Position numbers and translations under genes: made by a program. DNA of 64,000 nucleotides, from the NCBI GenBank assembly GCA_963726455.1, contig CAVSCK010000003.1, forward strand, positions 32,001 through 96,000, in the 5' to 3' direction. The notes beneath the pieces are model-generated. The model saw only the letters and a list, made by a program, of their open reading frames with translations, ran no database searches and was not told the origin of the DNA. Shown piece after piece: positions 1-7,974 of this stretch. Each line of letters starts with the position of its first letter. The first letter of the stretch is position 1. This stretch comes from an uncultured bacterium. GTDB lineage: Bacteria > Zixibacteria > MSB-5A5 > CAIYYT01.

Positions 1-336
1 TGCGCACCGCTGATTATGGCTTTCAAGGACAATCCGTTTGACAAACCCCGGCGCTTCTTCCCTGTCGACTTTGCCTACCCTCGAACCTACATGGATGTAG
101 TCGACATCGTCTGCGATGATGGCTTGACTCTGGCGGCGCTTCCTCAGAATGTCAGGGAAACGTTCGACGGCATCACCTTCACGCGAAATTCATTATCGGC
201 CGGCGGTAGCGCTCGTATCATGACTCAGTTGATTATCGGCAAGTCCATCTATCCACCGGCATCCTATGCGAATGTCCGCGGCGTGTTCACCAAGATCGCC
301 GACGCCGCACTCGAACAGACTACGATTACTTACTGA
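1..336 (+). CDS. C-terminal fragment of a DUF3857/transglutaminase-associated protein (truncated by window edge)
   Basis: ORF 16-336 has FKDNPF..RRFFPVDFAYP and a terminal beta-rich segment typical of DUF3857-TGase C-termini. A paralog follows immediately. Confidence 0.7.
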   Translation, partial: CAPLIMAFKDNPFDKPRRFFPVDFAYPRTYMDVVDIVCDDGLTLAALPQNVRETFDGITFTRNSLSAGGSARIMTQLIIGKSIYPPASYANVRGVFTKIADAALEQTTITY

Positions 337-346
337 CGGCGGAACC

Positions 347-2269
347 ATGAGTAATCATAGCTTCGGAACAAACGTGTCGTCACGCAGCTTGCCGGTCTTC
401 CTGTTGGTGGCGTCGCTACTCCTGTTTGCCGCACCCGCAACAGCGGCACCGGCAGGCGCTGCCTCCGACTCCGTAGACGCGCGAGTGCTGGCGGAATCAA
501 CTACGATGAAGATTCATGACGACGGTACTGCCGAATTCTCTTTCAGGCGCCGCGTCCAGATCTGGAACGAGAACGGACAGAAATATGGTACCATGATCTT
601 TGAGGATTCTCGTTTCGTAAAGACGACCGAGGCAAATGCCCAGGTTTACAACTCCTCCGGCAATTTGATCCAGAAGAAGTCCAAGAAAGACGCGGTCAAA
701 GTCTGCGGTTATGGAGAGTATGCGCTTTACACCGACGACTGCGAATATGTTTTGCAGCTCGGAGCCGGCAACTTTCCTTTCATCGTCGACTATGAATATC
801 AGCAGAAAATCTCAACGCTCTTTTCCTGGCCATTTTGGCATCCTCAGCGGACGATCCCTGTCGACACCTCTTCCTATGTTCTCACGGTTCCGGCTGCATT
901 TGCCTTCAGAACCAAAGTCTTCGGCAACGTCGCTGACCCTCAAGTCGAACAAGTCGGCGACAATAAGATCTTCACCTGGAAAGCCGTTGATCTCCCGGCA
1001 TACGAATCGGAATCGTATATGCCGCCGGCACAATTGTTCCTTCCCGGCCTGATTTTCAACGCCGACAATTTCAAATTCGGCAAATTCCAAATCTCCGGAG
1101 CCGACTGGTCGTCGATATCGCGCAGCATCGACGACATAAATCAGGATGCCTACGAAATGAGCAAAGAGCAGCAGCAAACGCTCGACGAGATGTTTCCCGG
1201 CAAGAGTGCTGATCAAGCGGGACTTGATAGATTACACCGATTCCTGAGTTCACGGTCGCGTTACGTAGCCGTGAAAGTGGGACTGGGCGGCTGGCAAGCG
1301 CATCCCTCCCAGTTGACCTATAGCCATAGCTACGGTGACTGCAAGGATTTGTCGGCCATGTACGCCTCGATGTTCCGTTATATCGGCGCCCCGACTCGGC
1401 TCGCGCTGGCGATGACCAGGGATGATGGCCGGGTTGACCCGCGGTTTCCGATGATGAATTTCAACCATGTGTTCGTCTTCTACCTGAACGGCGCCGACAC
1501 AGTCTGGGCGGATCCGACGTGCTTTACCTGCGCCCTGGGCGATCTGCCCTGGACGGACGAGAACATTTTCGTACTGGCTGTGTCCTCCGATGGCGGCGCC
1601 TTGCTGCGAACACCGGCGTCTACGCCAGAGGAAAACGTCATTGAGCGTACTGCAACTTTGACGTTGGGTGCTGATCTCGGGCTGTCGATTGTCGGGAAAA
1701 TTCATGCCCGGGGCAATCCGGGAGCCGGCCTGAAGCAGTTGTCCAAAGAGGCGACGACCGGCTCACAGACCGAAATACTGAAATATTTCCCGCAAATTGT
1801 CAGCGACAATCTGCAAATCACTGAGTGCAAGGCCGATCCTGCCGTGGATAGGTTGTCGGAAGTCGTACTGAATTTCAAGGGAACGACCGCACGTTACCAG
1901 AGGCGCGTCAACGGCAAACTCTATCTCGATCTGTCTGCGCTTCCTATCATGAGCGGCCCGGAAGAGGTTGATCTTGTCGACCGAAAGTTTCCAGTCAACT
2001 GCCGCTATCCGCTGGGATTGGTCGACTCAATCACCGTTGTTGCACCGGCCGGATATTATTTCAGCGACGTGCCCGTTGACACGTCCGTCACCGACGACTT
2101 TGGGATTTTCCGCTACGCCAGCAATATCAGTTCCGACACACTTGTCGTAACAAGATACAAGACCTTCAATCTCTATGAGATTGACACTGCATCAATCCAG
2201 CCATTTATAGAACATCGTTACAAACTACGCACTCTGTCCAGACGCAGTCTGGTACTCGACAAACGCTGA
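347..2269 (+). CDS. DUF3857 and transglutaminase-like domain secreted protein
   Basis: Signal peptide after ATG347. Transglutaminase core motifs YGDCKDLS, FNHV and WADPT, with RYVAVKVGLGGWQAHP upstream. Confidence 0.85.
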   Translation: MSNHSFGTNVSSRSLPVFLLVASLLLFAAPATAAPAGAASDSVDARVLAESTTMKIHDDGTAEFSFRRRVQIWNENGQKYGTMIFEDSRFVKTTEANAQVYNSSGNLIQKKSKKDAVKVCGYGEYALYTDDCEYVLQLGAGNFPFIVDYEYQQKISTLFSWPFWHPQRTIPVDTSSYVLTVPAAFAFRTKVFGNVADPQVEQVGDNKIFTWKAVDLPAYESESYMPPAQLFLPGLIFNADNFKFGKFQISGADWSSISRSIDDINQDAYEMSKEQQQTLDEMFPGKSADQAGLDRLHRFLSSRSRYVAVKVGLGGWQAHPSQLTYSHSYGDCKDLSAMYASMFRYIGAPTRLALAMTRDDGRVDPRFPMMNFNHVFVFYLNGADTVWADPTCFTCALGDLPWTDENIFVLAVSSDGGALLRTPASTPEENVIERTATLTLGADLGLSIVGKIHARGNPGAGLKQLSKEATTGSQTEILKYFPQIVSDNLQITECKADPAVDRLSEVVLNFKGTTARYQRRVNGKLYLDLSALPIMSGPEEVDLVDRKFPVNCRYPLGLVDSITVVAPAGYYFSDVPVDTSVTDDFGIFRYASNISSDTLVVTRYKTFNLYEIDTASIQPFIEHRYKLRTLSRRSLVLDKR

Positions 2270-2643
2270 CTCCGCCTTTGCTTGCGCCGTCAGGAACCCC
2301 GAGGTTGTCCCTACAAGTCAGCAGTTCAAGTTGTTACGCCGGTTCCTGATTTCCGCGGAGGTCTCCTTCGCGCTAGCCATCTTATACAACTGATCTCCCA
2401 GACGCGAAATTGTGCAACCGGCGGCATCTCAAAACTGAATGTAACGAGTTTTGGGACAACCGCTCGCGTTTTCCGACGGACCGAAACCTCCTCCTCCCCG
2501 TTGTGGCAGGTACTGATCCCGCGCGGCACCGTTATTTCCTTGACTCATGTCCAACCGCCGGCGCGGGATTGTGACCTGCCACCCAAACCCATTTTTGTAG
2601 TGCCGAACACCAAAAATCTCAGTCAGCCCTATAAGTAGAGGGC

Positions 2644-2922
2644 GTTGTCGCCGACTTAGGCGCCGGCACGGTTTCCACCCGCGCCGACGACGGAGTCCGA
2701 CAGTGGCCAACTTGGTACCAAGAGTTGCCGTGCCCGTGGTGTGTCTACAACGCATCGCGTGGTGGCCTCCCGAGCTATCCCCAATCCGGGGCACGGCAAT
2801 AGTAAATGGCTTCGGGTCTGTTAGGGCTGCGTTCGCTTGTGCAGCGCATCCGGGAAGCATACATCTAGTGGTGTCTGCGACCATGATGCGCCAGGGTTTC
2901 CGCACCGGCGTTCGGCGACATC
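2644..2922 (+). ncRNA. Candidate structured non-coding RNA (unassigned)
   Basis: Nested long-range stems 2646-2654/2912-2920, 2660-2666/2905-2911 and 2725-2735/2789-2799, plus hairpin 2826-2845. G-U pairs favour the + strand. No credible ORF. Confidence 0.4.
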
Positions 2923-2947
2923 AATAGCGTAGCGCTACGCGCCCATT

Positions 2948-2992
2948 TATAAAAAGATTCCGCCAAGCCGCGAAAAGCGACCTGGCGGAAAA
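2948..2992 (-). terminator. Intrinsic terminator of the 3023-4419 gene
   Basis: Imperfect hairpin TTCCGCCA...TGGCGGAA followed by TCTTTTTAT on the minus strand, about 30 nt after the stop codon. Confidence 0.7.
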
Positions 2993-3022
2993 GAAAGGAG
3001 AAATTTATGATCGACTAATTAG

Positions 3023-4419
3023 CTAGGAGGCGCAGTGCGGAGTCGCTCCGCCGGCGAAAATATACTGAATCAGGAATACGGCATCGGAAATATCAACGGC
3101 GCTGTCGCCATTGGCGTCGCCGGCTCCGTTACCCGTGCCGCTGCAACTACATGCTCCCGGCTGCGCGCCGCCGGCAAATATGTATTGAATCAGGAATACG
3201 GCATCCGAGATGTCCACGGCGCCGTCATAGTTGGCATCTCCGCAGTGGCAAATTCCGACGTGGACTACCAGCGGACTCGACCAACCGGCCGACTGTTGCC
3301 ATTTGTCCCTGGTTAGTACCTTGACATTATATGTTCCGTCGTTCAACCAGCGATGCCCTATCATGCAGGTATCACCGGAAGTGTACGGGCCGCGCCAGGC
3401 AGAAGAATCGCCTTCGCCGAATACCCATCTGTAGTATACCTGGTCGAGGTCAGGATCAGTTGCCGACGTCGACATTTGGTAAAGTTGATTTGGAGTAAAC
3501 ATCACGCAGGATGACGACGGCTGCGCTGCCGCACCTGGAAGCGCATTGGTCAATTCGTTGTTGCTTACCACAAATTCCATCTTCAATTGCGTGGAACTGA
3601 GATAGGTCAGCGACACTTGCAGGAATACATCTTGCGTTGGACGAACCTTGCAGGAATCGATCTTGGGTGTGTAATAGGACAGTGCCGAATAACCGCCCTG
3701 TTGAACCTGATACCCGCCATCAAAGAGTGCCGTCGGCGTGCCCCAGTAGTTGTATGTCGCCGCCGCGTAGTCGTGTGCTTCCTGAAGCTCGTCGACGACT
3801 CAAGGCCGCGTAACGAAATTGGTATGTACCCATTGACCAGATTTGATGCAATGCAGACCGCATTGCCGGACAGGACGTTCAGGTATGGTCGGTAACTTCT
3901 TCGAGAAAGACAGTATGTGTGTACCCTCCCGAAGCAGTGTCCGTGGCAACCTGACCCGGATTCGCCGACAGCTACGGCATCCACCCAGTGAGCCATAAAC
4001 GGATTCCACGGCCCCGGCGGGTACGCGTAGGCCGGGTGGTCATCCGAGTTGAACAACACCGCAATCACCTGAATATTTCCCTGCGCCAAGCCGGTTCCAC
4101 TCCAGGAAACCGTTTCGTGAATCGTGTCCCGGTAGTTCAGAGTGATCATCTGATTGTACGCGAAACCGAGAAATCCAAAATCGTAGTTGGCACCGTCGGC
4201 ATCCGTGTACCGGGACGTCGGTTCGACAACATACAATCGCAGGTATCCCTTGTATTGATGTGTCTGCGCGTCACGCAGATTGCCTTCCTGTGTATTGGCA
4301 GGCGAAACCGGCAACTGAATTGTTCCCCCGCTATCGCCTGCTGTGGCAGACCCCACCATTGCGACAAGCAAGCACAACAGGATGCTCGTATACCTGAACA
4401 GTGCTTTAACCTTGGTCAT
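3023..4419 (-). CDS. Secreted Omp28/thioredoxin-like (UxxC) + PKD + dockerin-like protein; candidate selenoprotein (two apparent +1 frameshifts near 3955 and 3800)
   Basis: Joining three frames gives a full-length match to paralog 4606-5997. The middle frame reads HTVFLEEVTDHT*TSCPAMRSAL with TGA at 3879-3881. The C-terminus has two GDANxDxAVDISDAVFLIQYIFAGG repeats. Confidence 0.8.
3848..3881 (-). promoter_or_regulatory. Putative Sec UGA codon plus bacterial SECIS-like hairpin
   Basis: UGA, 12 nt, then GCAAUGC-GGUCU-GCAUUGC (7-bp perfect stem, loop starting with G). The hairpin is absent at the same position in the Cys paralog. Confidence 0.65.
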
Positions 4420-4552
4420 TGACCGGAATTCCTTTCTTCAGAGGACACAACGTTTGTATCGACACCTGGTATTATCTCATGAACTTACTAGCTAGTCAAC
4501 CTCGTTCTATATCAGAACTTTGTAGACCGCATATTCCATATCCGTGCGACAA

Positions 4553-4591
4553 CCACAAACAGAAGGGCATCCGCATACACGGATGCCCTTC
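4553..4591 (-). terminator. Intrinsic terminator between the two dockerin paralogs
   Basis: 12-bp inverted repeat GAAGGGCATCCG/CGGATGCCCTTC (4562-4591) followed by TGTTTGT on the minus strand. Confidence 0.7.
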
Positions 4592-4605
4592 GTTATCGAA
4601 TCGAC

Positions 4606-5997
4606 TTACATTCCAGAGCAGTGTGGGCTGGCGCCGCCCGCAAAGATGTATTGAATGAGGAAGACAGCGTCGGAGATGTCAACCACGCCATCACCGTTGG
4701 CGTCGCCTGCGCCATTGCCGAAGCCCGAACAGTTGCAACTGCCCGGCGTAGCTCCACCGGCGAAGATGTATTGAATCAGGAACACGGCATCGGAAATATC
4801 AATTGTGATATCGCTATTGGCGTCACCGCATTGACAATTGGACACAGTCACCTGCACCGGAGCCGACCAGCCATTGGACGTCTGGTAGGTGTCCTTCACC
4901 AGTGCCTTGACATCGTAAGTTCCCGGATCAGTCCAGCGGTATGTAATCATTGCCGTATCACCTGCGGGATACGGACCGATCCAGTCAGTCGTGTCACCGT
5001 TACCGAAAGTCCATTTGTACATAAGCGGATCGTTCTCAACGTCCGTCGCGCTGGTGACGAAATTGCGGAACTGATTGGTCTGGAACATAACGCAATCAGT
5101 CGTCGGTTGCGTTAACACCGGCCTCTTGTTGAGGTCGCGGTCGTACACTTTCACGGTAATGTTCAACTGGGTCGCACTGACGAACTCCACGGAAGTCCAA
5201 AGATAGAAATCGTCGACCGTTCTTGCTCCCGCCGCCAAAATGCTGGGCGTGTAAGCGCTGATGGCCGAATATCCCCCTACGACGTTGGCAAAGCCGCCAT
5301 CGAAGAATGCCGTTGGATATCCCGCGATATTGTAGTCGCCGACAATGCGGTTGTAAGCATCCGGAATCAGTGTTCCGTAGCTATAGTTCTGGGTGATCAT
5401 TGCCGCAAAACGGAATTGATAGGTTCCCATTTGCCAGATCTGTTCTAGCGCCGAACTCATGGCCGGGCAATACTGGCACCATTGTGCGGTACCCTCTTCC
5501 AAGAATACCGTATGCGTGTAGGCGCCACTCGCCGTGTCCTCGCCCGGAACGCCGGGAATTGCCGATGCCGTCGCATCACAGTAGTACGCCGTGAAGGGAT
5601 TGCCGCCGGTGTTCGCCGAATGGGGTGTTCCGTTAAACACAGTGGCAATAACCATGATGTTGCTTGAGGACATCGCCGTGCTGTTGAACGTGACGTTCTT
5701 TGTCAATGTGTCGCCGATGTTCAGAGAGAGCGCCTGATTAACGGCAAAACCCAGAAAGCCGAAATGGTACGGGACGTTGCTAAAGTCCCGGAAACGGGAT
5801 GTCGGCTCGACGACGTACACTTTCAATGTGCCATTGTAAGCATTAGCATCCCGGGTGTCGGCAACCGGCTGGACGCTTTGGGATACAATTTGATGATCGA
5901 CCTTGCAGACGTTCTCCGCATTGGCGCCGACGGCTGTAAGCATCAACAGACACAACAGAGCGCCGGAAAATCTGAGAATTCCTCTGGCAGTGATCAT
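4606..5997 (-). CDS. Secreted Omp28/thioredoxin-like (CxxC) + PKD + dockerin-like protein
   Basis: Signal peptide, EEGTAQWCQYCP, cis-Pro-like GYPTAFFDG, PKD-like YKWTFGNGD...PGTYDVK, and paired GDAN..DISDAVFLIQYIF repeats. Confidence 0.85.
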   Translation of the reverse strand: MITARGILRFSGALLCLLMLTAVGANAENVCKVDHQIVSQSVQPVADTRDANAYNGTLKVYVVEPTSRFRDFSNVPYHFGFLGFAVNQALSLNIGDTLTKNVTFNSTAMSSSNIMVIATVFNGTPHSANTGGNPFTAYYCDATASAIPGVPGEDTASGAYTHTVFLEEGTAQWCQYCPAMSSALEQIWQMGTYQFRFAAMITQNYSYGTLIPDAYNRIVGDYNIAGYPTAFFDGGFANVVGGYSAISAYTPSILAAGARTVDDFYLWTSVEFVSATQLNITVKVYDRDLNKRPVLTQPTTDCVMFQTNQFRNFVTSATDVENDPLMYKWTFGNGDTTDWIGPYPAGDTAMITYRWTDPGTYDVKALVKDTYQTSNGWSAPVQVTVSNCQCGDANSDITIDISDAVFLIQYIFAGGATPGSCNCSGFGNGAGDANGDGVVDISDAVFLIQYIFAGGASPHCSGM

Positions 5998-6055
5998 TGA
6001 CTGGGGTCTCCTTTCTACAAAGGTGCACTAAATTTGTTTGAGAGGCATTTACTGT

Positions 6056-7235
6056 TCAAAATTGAAAACTGGTTCCTAACTCCACAGAAAATCCGGAATA
6101 CTTGAAAAGGCCATTAGTCGATTTGTTATGAAAATAATCAATCTGCAGCTTCGGCTGCAGCACCCGATCGCGGGCAACGGTTACCGATCTTGTGATCTGA
6201 ATGTAGGCGCGCGACAAATCATCGCTGCGGGTGATCTTGTTTCTGAAACTGACGAAGAATGGGAACTGGTAAGACCGCGGATCATTGGTGTTGAGAAACG
6301 TCTTGTTCCAGTAACCCGCGCCGGAAGTAATCGTAAAATTCGTCAACAGGTACGTCTTAATCGTCACGGTCACTGACGATGCCCTCCCACACAGATGTCC
6401 AGGGAGATAACAGCCCATTGGCGCTGGTAGCGGAAGCGAAAACCATAGTCGACTGCGTATTGCCAAAATGCCGGTAAAGAAACGTTGCGTTAATGCCGGT
6501 TTTTGATCCTAGTGGCCGAGACCAGCGCGGCGAAATGTAGAACGATGGAATCGTGCCACTCTTGAGAAGACTGTCAACCGGGAGCTGGGGTAACTCCATC
6601 AATCGATCGATTACGAAGCCGTCGCTCTTGACCTTGGAAAGATCGATGCTCCTATAATCCGCCCAGCCGAAACCCCACTCGACGTCAAGACTATTGCTTC
6701 CAAACGGAGTCGAGTTGAATCCTGCAAACACTTCAGTTGCCTGCTTGTCACCGCTCTCGGTAGCCAGGTAGGAAGTTGTCTGGAAAGTGCCGCCCAATCT
6801 CAGTGAGAGTCTGGGCATCAGTCGGTATCCGACGGCAACTCGACTGTTGAAATCATCACTGTCATACTTTGAAAAAGCCCGGCGGTAGCGGCGACCGTCG
6901 AATGAACCTGAGAGCGAAAGTGAGAAGCGGGAATTCTGCCCGATCGGAACTGCGGTAATTCCGACGCGGCCAAGACGGCTGGACAGATTCGGAACTTCCC
7001 CGTAGGTCGAAATATCGCCGGAGAGACTTGCCTCCAGCCAGGACAGCGGATAGTACTTTACCGCCCCGGTGCTGATGACATGGCGGTCGAGAGCGTCGGT
7101 AGAATCCAGAAATGAATTGCTGGTGTAACCGCTGCTGAATCCCATATCGAATTTCAGGTTGGCGTCGGCGCGCGACGCAAACAACAGCGCCAGTGTGGCA
7201 GCGGAGATCAGACTGACGAGGGAACGCGTTAGCAA
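6056..7235 (-). CDS. Putative outer-membrane beta-barrel protein (frameshift near 6370)
   Basis: Signal peptide, alternating amphipathic strands and a C-terminal ELGTSFQF. ORFs 6357-7235 and 6056-6466 overlap in different frames. Confidence 0.65.
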
Positions 7236-7243
7236 ATTAGTTC

Positions 7244-7700
7244 TCAGCGGCAGATCCCTCCCACACAGCAGCCCCCAACCATAGACCCCGCGGCAACATC
7301 GGTCGTTGATCCGCCGAAATCATTTCCTGAACCAAATCCGCCGCGGCTTGCCATACCGCAAAACATGCGCTGTTTAATGGCAAGAAACGCGCTGCTGTTG
7401 TTCAGAAAGAGTTCCTTCTGCGGAACCAAACTTTTGTCAAAGTCGAAGAAACCGCCGCTGATGGTAGTGCCTACTGCCGCGCTATCCGTGCCGGCTTCGG
7501 TACTATTCAGCTTTGGGCTGATCGAGAGGGGCACTGGTTGACTGGGAGGTGAGATCATCAAAGCCGTCACCATCCAAGTCAACAAAGACTGGCTTATTCG
7601 GCTGTTCCTTGGTTTTGTCCGCCGCGTAAGAAGATTGGTGCGCCAGGACAACGCCCAGGAAGATAGCCAAGATGCCAATCACCGTGAAAAATTTCTTCAT
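7244..7700 (-). CDS. Small secreted protein with EF-hand-like DLDGDGFDD motif and Cys-rich tail (frameshift near 7510)
   Basis: ORF 7503-7700 has a signal peptide and FVDLDGDGFDD. It continues in ORF 7244-7678, ending GGCCVGGICR. Confidence 0.55.
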
Positions 7701-7898
7701 TGGCAGACTCCGGCGTTTATGCTGCTAAGAACGCAATATATCGTATGCAAGATATGCGTATTTTGTCAAAATCGCAACACAAATTTCGCCCTAAGGCAAA
7801 GAACGGCATACAAATCTACCTCATCGGGGCGATTGTCATTATTCCGCGTGACAAGTGTGATTATTGGGGCCGCGACTTTCTCGGTATTCCTGCGCCCC

Positions 7899-7931
7899 AA
7901 AAAGGAGAGGCGCCGGGTCAGCCCGGCGCCT
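7899..7931 (-). terminator. Intrinsic terminator of the large surface protein gene
   Basis: AGGCGCCGGG-TCAG-CCCGGCGCCT hairpin, then CTCCTTTTT on the minus strand. Confidence 0.75.
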
Positions 7932-7974
7932 AGAGTAGAATGTGAATGTGATTCTATGACTTATGTAGTATGTC

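Noticed and set aside
2641-2915. Minus-strand fragments resembling a cobalamin riboswitch (GCCACTG, GCAACT)
   Set aside because: There is no proper GGGAA or B12-box, the spacing is wrong, no gene lies downstream on that strand, and G-U pairs favour the plus strand.
2282-2927. Short ORFs 2282-2638, 2429-2905 and 2703-2927
   Set aside because: No recognisable motifs or RBS, and the composition is typical of spurious frames.
7244-7246. TGA after the Cys-rich tail as a second Sec codon
   Set aside because: There is no Cys-containing paralog to align to and no clear downstream hairpin, and read-through would add only four residues.
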